A DNA stretch of 63,939 nt, counting the filler, from Octopus bimaculoides (Eukaryota), in NCBI RefSeq assembly GCF_001194135.2. It is 5 parts of 5 records of this genome, joined end to end, with 100 filler letters (N's around TTAATTAATTAA, not from the genome) between each part and the next. Parts side by side here need not be neighbours in the genome. Positions count along the whole stretch, not along the records: positions 39,350 to 56,419 come from NC_068991.1; positions 56,520 to 62,007 come from NC_068997.1; positions 62,108 to 63,939 come from NW_026386548.1; 2 more parts are not named here. One strand, given 5' to 3'. The notes under the pieces are model-generated. The model ran no database searches and was not told the origin of the DNA. It saw only the letters and a program-made list of their open reading frames with translations. Shown one piece after another: positions 52,920 to 63,939 of the stretch. Numbering within the stretch: the first letter of the stretch is position 1; each line of letters begins with the position of its first letter. The position numbers and the translations under genes are program-made.

Positions 52920-52960
52920 GCGACAACGGTGGTGGTGGTGGTGATGGTAGTGATAATGAG
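52690..52960. repeat. (GAT/GAC)n trinucleotide field with an internal higher-order duplication
   Basis: gattacgacgac...gatggtgatgacaaagatgat occurs twice. Confidence 0.9.
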
Positions 52961-53302
52961 GATGTGATAATTAGGATAAGAAAAATTAATCTCCCCCCCT
53001 CCCCACCATCCCACACCAAAGAACGTCTCAATGCAATACAAATCAAAGCCATAGAAAAGAAAATAATGTTGGCAGATTTTAAGAAAATTTATGTAGACAG
53101 ACACATTGATAGACACTAAACACGTTTTTTTTTTTCGCCATTTTCTCTCTATTTCCTCTTTTTCCTTTGTGTGGATGAGCGTAGGCATGAAACGTTAAAG
53201 ACTTTTCCATTTTTCCCAAGCGTCAAACTAATACACTTGCTTGTTGTTCCTGCACCTCTCTTCGTCTTTCTATGAATTTGAACTTGATAGCTAGATAGAT
53301 AG

Positions 53303-53363
<61 letters not shown>

Positions 53364-54194
53364 TTCCTATGTGTGGAAAAGTCTACTGTATGATCGCTTA
53401 AACTTTTTCTATTAACCTTTCTTCGTTATAAACTGCTTCTTCCAAGGTAGGTAACTACTATCAGTGTAGACTTTACCTTAAGAATTTTCTGTACTCGTTA
53501 TCGCCGAAGTTGAACTTTGATTGCTAAATTTAAACGTCATCAATCATGTGTTTATTTTGTTGATGACAAATATCCGTGGTCATTGTGTCTATTTTTGCAT
53601 TGTGCTGTATTAGTAGTAACGTTTCCTTCATTAAGCGACTCGTTTTGCAGGGAATCCGATATACTATGAATGTGTTGTCAACTAATGTTTTCCTATCTAG
53701 TTTATTTTTTCTCTTTTTTTTTTTCTTTTTGTGCCACAATCTCTTACAATAGCAGCTTGTTCTGTAAATACGTGAGCCAACGACATAGAGAAGTACAGCG
53801 TATGTATGTGCGTATATATATATATANNNNNNNNNNNNNNNNNNNNNNNNNNNNNNNNNNNNNNNNNNNNNNNNNNNNNNNNNNNNNNNNNNNNNNNNNN
53901 NNNNNNNNNNNNNNNNNNNNNNNNNNNNNNNNNNNNNNNNNNNNNNNNNNNNNNNNNNNNNNNNNNNNNNNNNNNNNNNNNNNNNNNNNNNNNNNNNNNN
54001 NNNNNNNNNNNNNNNNNNNNNNNNNNNNNNNNNNNNNNNNNNNNNNNNNNNNNNNNNNNNNNNNNNNNNNNNNNNNNNNNNNNNNNNNNNNNNNNNNNNN
54101 NNNNNNNNNNNNNNNNNNNNNNNNNNNNNNNNNNNNNNNNNNNNNNNNNNNNNNNNNNNNNNNNNNNNNNNNNNNNNNNNNNNNNNNNNNNNNN

Positions 54195-54231
<37 letters not shown>

Positions 54232-54704
54232 CATATGTTTGTATGTATGTATGTATTTATGTATGTGTATGAATGTATTTATGTAGATATGTTTCTATCT
54301 TTGCATGTATCTATCTTTGTATGTATAACTTACGCTAAAAGTTCTGTGCATTAGAAATCCCAATTAAAGTTTAAGTAAACCAAAGTTATTTATGTAAAGT
54401 ATTTGCTGCGAACCACCAAACGGATGTAAATGCATCTAGTTGTTTTCATTTCATAAACAGGAAAATGAAGCAGATTAAATTCATATGTTCACGGGTACGT
54501 TGACCGCTAATGAAGGGACAAGTACCGTCATGTCCTTCAGCTGACAATGAATAATTTTCATCAAGATGTGTTCGCTGGAAGACAAGGAACTGGCCACCGA
54601 GTCCTGAGACATGTTACACTATCTCCTATGTTTTGTTTTTTTTTTCTGTTTGGAAAACATAACAAGGTGTGTTTATGACCATTAAAATTTTCACTGAGGT
54701 TTCA

Positions 54705-54850
54705 TATTTCTTTATTGCCCACAAGGGGCGAAACATAGAGGGGACAAACAAAGACAGACAAAGAGATTAAGTCGATTACATCGACCCCAGTGAGTAACTG
54801 GTACTTAATTTATCGGCCCCGAAAGGATGCAAGGCAAAGTCGACCTCGGC
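54705..54850 (-). mobile_element. SINE group A (tail type 2), runs into an N gap
   Basis: tttctttattgcccacaagggg...ggcaaagtcgacctcggc. Confidence 0.88.
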
Positions 54851-55448
54851 NNNNNNNNNNNNNNNNNNNNNNNNNNNNNNNNNNNNNNNNNNNNNNNNNN
54901 NNNNNNNNNNNNNNNNNNNNNNNNNNNNNNNNNNNNNNNNNNNNNNNNNNNNNNNNNNNNNNNNNNNNNNNNNNNNNNNNNNNNNNNNNNNNNNNNNNNN
55001 NNNNNNNNNNNNNNNNNNNNNNNNNNNNNNNNNNNNNNNNNNNNNNNNNNNNNNNNNNNNNNNNNNNNNNNNNNNNNNNNNNNNNNNNNNNNNNNNNNNN
55101 NNNNNNNNNNNNNNNNNNNNNNNNNNNNNNNNNNNNNNNNNNNNNNNNNNNNNNNNNNNNNNNNNNNNNNNNNNNNNNNNNNNNNNNNNNNNNNNNNNNN
55201 NNNNNNNNNNNNNNNNNNNNNNNNNNNNNNNNNNNNNNNNNNNNNNNNNNNNNNNNNNTTCAAGCTTTATATCAGTGTATAATTTACAATACAAAGCTAT
55301 CTTCAGCCGCAAAAGTATTTCTCTCCCAGGAAATTACATCACATCGGCGTTAAATGGGGAAGAAAGGTGTGATATAAGAGGTGAAGATCCTTTCGGTATT
55401 TTGTATAGTACTATACCTCGTATAATTCTCCATATTATTTCTTCGGTG

Positions 55449-55496
<48 letters not shown>

Positions 55497-55646
55497 TACA
55501 TACATACATATATATGAATAAATATATATGTATATACAGAGAGAGAGAGTGAGAGGGGAGAGAGAGAGAGAAAGAGAGACAGACAGACTGACTAAAACAG
55601 AAAGACAGACAGACAGGCAGATGTTTTCATTATTCTCTGTCTTCTA

Positions 55647-55940
55647 CCTGTTTCGGTCATTAGACTGCGGCCACACTGAAAGAAGCCCGTCGTATATATG
55701 TGTACATATATACGTATGTGTGTGTATATATTTTGTATCTGTGTTTGTACCCCCAACATCGCTTGACAACCGATGCTGGTGTGTTTTACGTCCCCCGTAA
55801 CTTAGCGGTTCGGCAAAAAGACACCGATAGAATAAGTACTAGGCTTACAATGAATAAGTCCTGGGGTCGATTCGATTCGACTTAAGGCGGTGCTCCAGCA
55901 TGGCCGCAGTCAAATGACTGGAACAAGTAAAGAAAGAAAA
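55647..55940 (+). mobile_element. SINE group B 3' half, preceded by an inverted copy of its own 3' end
   Basis: 55647-55673 is the near reverse complement of 55901-55927; the body starts at ctgaaagaagcccgtcg. Confidence 0.8.
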
Positions 55941-55990
55941 GAATATAGATATATATAAATAGATACACACACACATATACATTTACATAT

Positions 55991-56047
<57 letters not shown>

Positions 56048-56463
56048 AAAGCATATACGTGCATATAAGCACCCATGAACACACACATACATATTACACC
56101 CACGCGAATACTTCCACACGAAGAATCACATACATACACACATCCCCGATTTAATTCACGCTATTGACGATTTCATGTAAGTACAAATGCGTGCGCGTGC
56201 GCGTGTGTATCCAAGAGCGTGTCTGTGTGTGATCGCCTGTTATAATGTGTGCACATTCATTCGCTTTTTTACAGCTCATGTATTCAACGATCTGACTTAC
56301 GTCCGTACGTATATGGGTTTATGTACTCCTGCGTATGCGTGCGGTGTAACTGATGTACGTGGGGTGAACGGGAGCATTTATGTATTTTTTAGTGGGGGGA
56401 GGTTTATGTGTATTTGTGTNNNNNNNNNNNNNNNNNNNNNNNNNNNNNNNNNNNNNNNNNNNN

Positions 56464-56475
56464 TTAATTAATTAA
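56464..56475. other. Artificial scaffolding linker
   Basis: TTAATTAATTAA inside an N block. Confidence 0.95.
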
Positions 56476-59400
56476 NNNNNNNNNNNNNNNNNNNNNNNNN
56501 NNNNNNNNNNNNNNNNNNNAAAATCTTTATTAAATTATACTTCCAGTTCAGCATTCTGGCTTTTTTTCATTTTCCTATATATATATATATATATATAAAT
56601 AATATAAATTGAAGTTGGCCGACCGTTGTATTCTTTATTGTCTTGAGGTTCACGGCCAAACGGCTGGGTGGATTCGCGTGAAAAATAGCACACAATGTGG
56701 AGACGGGTGTATAGATTGGAACACACTTTCTATTTTTTCCTAGACCCCATACTTACAGAGAAAATCGATTAAAACAACCTGCGTGTGTGCGTGTATGGGA
56801 GTGTGTGTCACTGAAGCCATTCATCCATATATACATAATAAATAAATGAAGTGAATGATAAATTACATTTATCTCTCTCTATCTATCTTTCTTTCTTTCT
56901 CATATACACATACGCCATCAACATTACTTTCTCTATCGCGCACACCCCATCAAACATACACACTTACACACACACAGACATACGCACGCACATCAATTCT
57001 CCCCTCTCATCACAACTTCAAAAGAAGTTCAGTCATAAAACTCTCCATGTATCTTCATTCGACGCTCACTTCAAAAGAGCGCCTTCTCCTTTCACTTGTC
57101 CGGCCATTGATTGACAGATAAAACACAAACCAACTCCTGCTAAATGCAAAATCCCGCCAAAAATACACACACATACACACACAAACGGACATTTCATGTC
57201 TTTCAGTTTCACTATGATTATGCACGCGTCGAAAACACTAGCTCATTTTAATGTTCAACAGGTATGTATCAATTTCTAAAATATAAATTGTTTTTCTATA
57301 AGCGTATAACAATTACTTATTCCATACATCATTTTGCTTTTCTCTTCACTTTTCTTAGATTGGATACGTCTGCTATTAATTCTTACACACAATTTCCCCG
57401 TTCATTCTTACAGCTTCATTTTCTGTTAAAGTAATTATTAACGTCAACTTCTTAACATAATACGCAGAATTCTCGCATTAATACAGTAGGGTGTTTTGAG
57501 GGAGATTTGGCTGCTATTTCAACCAGGTCTACCTACCATGTAGAGCTCTGAACTTATTTTTCATTCACAGATTTGCATTTCAAATATTATTCTGCCATTA
57601 ACACCAGTTGTTTACTCTCTCACATGCATACACTCATCCACACATACACGCACGTCCATTTCATATATCTTTCAATTTCTGCTCTCTGCAAATAAAATTT
57701 TTACGGATAAAATTGCTTACAAAAATTGCGATTAATGTATAATTTCTTTCTATGTTCATAATTAAATAAATCTTTTAATGATTAGACAGACGTCCAATAG
57801 AATAGCTCTCGCAAACAGACTACGTAAAAATTCTTTCTTCACAACTCCTGAAGCCATTTTCTGACAGGAGGGGGTGAAATCTTCATACAGCTGGAGGCTC
57901 CAATCGAAACGGGACACGAAATGATCAGGTTGAGAAANNNNNNNNNNNNNNNNNNNNNNNNNNNNNNNNNNNNNNNNNNNNNNNNNNNNNNNNNNNNNNN
58001 NNNNNNNNNNNNNNNNNNNNNNNNNNNNNNNNNNNNNNNNNNNNNNNNNNNNNNNNNNNNNNNNNNNNNNNNNNNNNNNNNNNNNNNNNNNNNNNNNNNN
58101 NNNNNNNNNNNNNNNNNNNNNNNNNNNNNNNNNNNNNNNNNNNNNNNNATATATATATATATATATATACACACACATAGGGGAGAGATGAGGGCTTCAA
58201 AAACCAAACATTACCAAAACAATAGGTATGGTATATTGAAATAAATGTGGAAACAATGTTTAAAGTGCGATTGAATGGTTGACACCTAAATAAATAAGTA
58301 TACTGATAAGCAATGTAAACAGACATAAATCCATTGATAAATGTGTTTGCTTTTATTATACCTACGGAATTCAGTGCTAACACGACTTGACACAATACAA
58401 TGTGTTAAATATTTAAATATACGTATTTTAGTTGTACTCATATCTGAAGATAGTCTTGGGGTATGGTATAGGTTCATTGGTAAGTCTTGGGATAACATTA
58501 TAAGACAATGTCCATACTAAGAGGTGGTAAAGAAACTGATATATTTAGTGTCGTAAGTGTAATAAGACAAAAATTAAGTCGCAAAGGAAAAATATATTAG
58601 GGTTAATGGCACACGTAGCTTTCCTCAAGAAAGGCAGGCGGACAACTCGGAAGTTCAAACTGTGTAAAAATACAGTTATACAGCAGTGAGTGAATCTCGA
58701 CTTAATATAATATATGCATTCATGCACTCACTTACACACATATACATACACGCATATATATGTGTGTGTGTGAAATAAAGATAGGCAGCGAATCGGCAGG
58801 TGTGTTAGTACATCAGACAAAATACTATTCTCTTCTGCTTCTTCATGGTTTGAATTCTACATTCAAAAGCATTAAACAACACAATGTTCATTTGATTGAG
58901 TTAATGTCATAAAACTTAAGCAATCGTGCACATACACTTCCTCATTCTTCTTTCTCCACACAAATACACAAACACATAAGCACATACATGCAAACATACA
59001 TATACTAACTGAAATACCCGTTGTGGTGAGTCAAAAGTTGCAAAATTTTGAAACTGTCTGCAGGCAGTTTTCGATTCCAAAATAGCCTATCATCTTTTAT
59101 ACAGCGAGTTTCTTAACAGCCGAGATTCATATTAGAGAAAATATTCTCAGTTATTGTTTCCACGAACTTAAATGCTCAAACTTTGTGCAATTGTTCGAGT
59201 GTTGTCTCTCCGACAAGCTGACATTGTTTCCACAAGTTCCTAATTCAAAAGTCACATAATTTTCATATCTTTATGAAAATACTTAGGAATTCTTTTTTAA
59301 ACAATGGAGATTTCGATGTTCTGCAGATTAAACATTTTTTAAAATTTCAATTTATCAATATTTTGGTGTAGCCAACTGTACCTTGTAAGTTTTGAAGTTT

Positions 59401-59804
59401 TTGAGAACTTGTTACACAGAATCATGTTACACAGAACCTGTTACACAGAATCGCAGAGATTGCGATTCTGAAATAAAAAAAAATAAAATAAAATAAAATT
59501 CGGTTTGGAATTGGTGATTGGGATTTAGAACTAAGGAATTTGGACTCAGAATTAAGATTAGAGTTTAGGATTAATGGGTTTGAAAACATCGATTTTAGGG
59601 TTGAAATGATTGGAAATATCAATTTTATTAATCTTTGCAAATACATAAATAAAAGTAATGATTTGCTATGTGTACAACAGAAACCCGAAGAAAGGTTTTA
59701 GAAAATGTGTTAAGTAATGCAATTAGTCCGGTGCTTTACCCATTATTTATCTATTCGGGCATCAACGATGATTGTTACATTTTGAATTGTAGAAAAGTAT
59801 TCTT

Positions 59805-60215
59805 TTTACTTGTATCTTTTACGTATTTTTGTCATTAGACTGTGGCCATGCTGGAGCGTCACCTTGAAGAATATTTAGTCGAACAAATCAACTTCAGTAC
59901 TCTTTTTAAAGTCTGGTCCTTATTCCATTGTTCTCTTTTACTGATCCGCTAAATTACAGGGACGTAAACACACCATCACCGGTGGTGGGAATAAGCACAG
60001 AACAAAGCCTCACTCACACAAAGATTATACACTCACACATACACACACGCACACTCATTCACCTACTCACTCACTCACTCACATACGACGGGATTCTTTC
60101 AGTTTTCGCTACCAAATCCATTTACAAAACTTCGGTCAGCCCGAGGCTATAGTAGAGAACACTTGCCCTGACCATGTGGTTGAGAAGCAAGCTTCTTACC
60201 ACATAGCCATGTCTG
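59805..60215 (-). mobile_element. SINE group B, degenerate, near full length
   Basis: gtcattagactgtggccatgctggagc tail, core cccgaggctatagtaga, head agcaagcttcttaccacatagcca. Confidence 0.85.
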
Positions 60216-60559
60216 TATCTTGCATAACCCACATAGGATATTCAAGGTGCAAGCATGGCTAAGTAAACAGCTTGTAGATGTTGTCAATAATCTGCGTGTT
60301 AACCGTACTATGTTGTTCTATGTAGTTCATATATATATATATAAACTTACTTGGAAATGGATGCGTAGCGTTCAATTAAATAATAATATAGATAATATAT
60401 ATACATACGTATGTGTGTATGTATGTATGTATGTATGTATGTATGTATGTATGTATGTATGTATGTATGTATGTATATATATGTATCTATATGCATGCAT
60501 ATATATGCATATATGGGTAAAGGACGTCACCAACAGTAAATAACATGAAATACGAAAAC

Positions 60560-60780
60560 AAATGAGTTAAATACGCAAATAACAACAGAAAAAAGGACAA
60601 GTAATACAAAGAATGAACCTTCATCAGTTGTCGGCTGTCTATCTACTCCCTATTTCGAGCAACCAACGACAACATAAGTCTTCGAAGACAGTTGCTCCCA
60701 TAAGTATCAAAATAAAATTTCGGATTTATGGAGGGTCAAAGTTAGGAATAAAAACAGGACAGCGGGGGCATACAGGGAAA
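60560..60780 (-). repeat. Interspersed repeat related to 50915-51100
   Basis: Reverse strand carries gggagcaactgt, gctcgaaata and acaactgatgaagg in the same order. Confidence 0.7.
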
Positions 60781-61143
60781 CCGAACGAAAAGAAACATGG
60801 AGGGTCGCTAGACATGAACGAGGGGAAAATAGTGAACGCTGAGAGAAATATCTAACCATCCTTTCTGGTCAGGGATTTATCAAAGTAATACCCTCCTGGA
60901 CATAACGTACCACCGCATTATCATTGTCTCACCTATATCTCTCCGATGACGGTATATTCAGATTACAGAGTATTCACTCGATACAATGTTCCAATAGCTG
61001 AGATATCCTAGAAACAGTTGTCAGAGACTATTCTTTACTATTTTTTTTACCATTTGTTATGTAGCTAAATTGTATTAAATTAAATTAAATGTCCTTGTCA
61101 GTTCTTGCCAAATTGTTTGCCTTTCGTCACTATATATGTATAC

Positions 61144-61179
<36 letters not shown>

Positions 61180-61216
61180 TTGTAGATAGTTAGATACACA
61201 CACACTCACTCACACA

Positions 61217-61295
<79 letters not shown>

Positions 61296-61654
61296 ACACA
61301 CACGTATATATACTACAGATTATATTTGTAAACAAACCAGAAAGGCTTTGTAAGTTAAGGAGAGAAAGCTACTATGGAATATTCATAGTATAATAACAAT
61401 TGTATAATGATAATATATATTCTTCGATTTGAACCGACAATTTTTAAATAGAAGCAGATGAGGGAAAAATTATGACCTAACACTAGCAAGATTCGAACCC
61501 ACAAATCAACGCTAACAGGGCTCTTTGCGCGTTCGATTATTATACTGTGAGTCTTCCATAGTTGCTCTCTTTTCGTAGCTCGTTTGTTTACAAATATTAT
61601 ATACTAGCAGAGATACCCGGTCTTGCTCGGGATTAAAATGGCAGAGTTTTTTTT

Positions 61655-61958
61655 ATTGTTTTACTTGTTTCAGTCTTGTGACTGCGGCCATGCTGGAGCA
61701 CCGCCATTGGTCGGAAAAATCGAACACAGGATTTATTCTTCGTAAGCCTAGTACTTATTCTATTAGTGTCTTTTGCAGAAGCGCTAAGATAAGAGAATGT
61801 AAACACAGCAACATCGGTTGTCAGGCAATGGTATGGATACAAACACAGACACACAGACACATACACACACACACAAAGATATACACATATATACGACAGT
61901 CTTCCTTGAGTTTCTGTGTACGAAATCCACTCACAAGGCTTTGGTCGGCCTAAGGCTG

Positions 61959-61961
<3 letters not shown>
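61655..61961 (-). mobile_element. SINE group B, 3' part
   Basis: gactgcggccatgctggagcaccgcc...aaatccactcacaaggctttggtcggcc. Confidence 0.85.
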
Positions 61962-62007
<46 letters not shown>

Positions 62008-62051
62008 NNNNNNNNNNNNNNNNNNNNNNNNNNNNNNNNNNNNNNNNNNNN

Positions 62052-62063
62052 TTAATTAATTAA
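62052..62063. other. Artificial scaffolding linker
   Basis: TTAATTAATTAA inside an N block. Confidence 0.95.
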
Positions 62064-62232
62064 NNNNNNNNNNNNNNNNNNNNNNNNNNNNNNNNNNNNN
62101 NNNNNNNACAAAGACAGACTTAATGTCGAAATATCGTTCGACCAATGAAATGTCTATCACAATCGAATCCTGCTCTTCGTCTTGACTATTTAACTGTGAA
62201 AAGTTACGTCAATCCTTTTAAAAATGATGATG

Positions 62233-62290
<58 letters not shown>

Positions 62291-62295
62291 CAGAC

Positions 62296-62408
62296 CTTTC
62301 TACTATAGGTACAGGGCCTGAAATTTGGGAGAGAGGGATAATCGATTACATCAACCACAGTATGCAGTATGGTACTTAATTTATTGATCCCGAAAGTGTG
62401 AAATGCAA
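62296..62408 (-). mobile_element. Partial SINE, group A (tail type 1)
   Basis: ttctacta..ggcctgaaatttggg..tcgattacatc..ggtacttaatttattgatcccgaaag. Confidence 0.75.
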
Positions 62409-62638
62409 TGTATATATCATTAGTGGATATATATGCTATTAATTTTTCTATCAGTAATTAAAACAGCACAAAGAGAGTTGGTCCTTTTCAAAGCCAATGT
62501 CAGCGCTCTCATTGATCGCTGTGTATTAAACACTGTGTATTAAACACTGATCGTTGTGTATTAAACACATTTGACCTCTGCTGACCGCAAGGGTGTGACG
62601 CTTGTTCTTTTGTTCCCTGGTCGCACAGGAATACGAAT

Positions 62639-62640
<2 letters not shown>

Positions 62641-62710
<70 letters not shown>
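62641..62710. repeat. Perfect 70-bp palindrome (CTA)12-G-(TAG)11
   Basis: The sequence equals its own reverse complement, with no spacer. Confidence 0.97.
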
Positions 62711-63479
62711 CGACGCAACACTACAGCAACTACAATAATATCCTCAACAACACAGGAAGCAACTACAACCTGACATCCAATCTATACCTCTCATATCCTG
62801 TGGTTAGAGAACAAATCCAAGCTAGTGACAAAAACAAAATCGATAAAATCACTTGCCGTGGCTACCGAAGTAAGGACAAAAAGAATGATCTTGGTTTTCT
62901 TACGCTGAATCTTCACCGAAGAAATTACAAGTGAGCAATGGACTCTCCGAGAAGTCTTTCGGCGTGATAGAAAGAGTAGTTACATCTCTTTCAAACCGCA
63001 CTTAACATCGCAGAGAAAAGAAAAGATCAGATAGTGTGATTCTGTATGTAGCTGTCCATGTGAACAGTGCAGGCAATTGGTGCCACCTCTGCCTTTCATA
63101 CGCAGGTGTAACCTTTCGCTTGAGGGAGGCTTGCAGCAAATTACACAGGGCGAACTTGATGTCCCCAAACCTTGGCCGGAAATCACATTAGAGCTGGTGT
63201 TGCATCAGGGGTAACCCTTTACATGAAAATCTCAAATAAACACAACCACGGAGAAAACTGTAAAAAATCATTATCATTCTTTGCAATAATAATAACAATT
63301 CCAAACCCAAATAACGGCATGAACGGAAAACCTCCCCTGGATGTCCAAGACACCAGATCTACTGCATCCGACAGAGTGGCGCTCAGAGGGCAATGAAGTG
63401 GAAGACCAGACTCCACCCTGTCGTAGTCCTTTTAATAACAGGAAACAAGAGCAAACAAGACCTGCTAGAGTGTGCTTTT

Positions 63480-63939
63480 AATGCAAAAGGATTCAACAAA
63501 AATGGACTTAACAACAACGGACAGGTACAGAGTAGCAAGAAAGTGGTATGAATGCAAGCCAGAGGATATGGCAAAGAATAATAATTACAGAATACTATGG
63601 GGTCTATTCATAAAGAGTTGCCATACTACTGAGCCAGAACACTAGAGAGGATTGTAGAGAAGATGAAAGAATCGTAAGAGTGTAAGATGCTAGATTTTGC
63701 AATACTAAATATTGGTAGAATTGATATCAAAGAGAGTGAGTAAACAGAGATATCAGAAACTAATCAGAGATCTGAAGAAATTGTGAAAGACCATTGATAG
63801 TAGTTCCTGTGATTATTGATGCTTTTGTTTCGACATCCAATCTGCTTTCTAAGAAAGCGAAGGTTACTAGAATGAAGCCACGCATTATCGACCTGGAGAG
63901 AAGTGGCATCTTGTATTTGATGAGAATTGTCATAAGCGC
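63480..63939 (+). mobile_element. Heavily decayed R4/Dong-like LINE REL region
   Basis: RKWYECKPEDMAKNNNYRILWG...ECKMLDFAI...PVIIDAF corresponds to the KWYEH..P / ILWD / IID.A / PVIIGA motifs of R4-type endonuclease regions. Confidence 0.7.

Noticed and set aside
52685-53119. 144-aa Asp-rich ORF with DYDDDDGDDKDDDD, reminiscent of a FLAG tag or an acidic biomineral protein
   Set aside because: It is a (GAT/GAC)n microsatellite that is open in several frames. There are no splice signals or non-repetitive domain, and the resemblance is coincidental.
63060-63180. HDV-like ribozyme (GGCGAA word) upstream of the R4-like fragment
   Set aside because: I could not build P1, P2 or a consensus L3 by eye. 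It would need an RNArobo or Infernal scan of a family consensus.

Overview
AT-rich, repeat-dominated animal genomic DNA from a gapped draft assembly. The repeat families and microsatellite load suggest an octopus or other cephalopod; this is inference from recall, not a search. I could not support any intact host protein-coding gene, and almost all ORF-track entries are microsatellite, N-gap or antisense artefacts. Supported content: about 24 copies of three tRNA-derived SINE groups; a decayed Ty3/gypsy LTR retrotransposon (gag-PR-RT-IN, PPT and one LTR; 41309-44445, minus); a decayed mariner transposon (34667-35662); an RTE RT fragment and three R4/Dong-like restriction-like endonuclease fragments; several MITEs; a 5S rRNA pseudogene abutting a SINE; a roughly 130-bp tandem array; and assembly artefacts. 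The most interesting signal is at 30737-30875. It is a minimal type I hammerhead ribozyme motif with a palindromic helix III, whose 3' half is matched by a perfect 43-bp upstream antisense copy. The cassette sits inside the (TA)n tract of a SINE and resembles a Penelope-like pseudo-LTR remnant.
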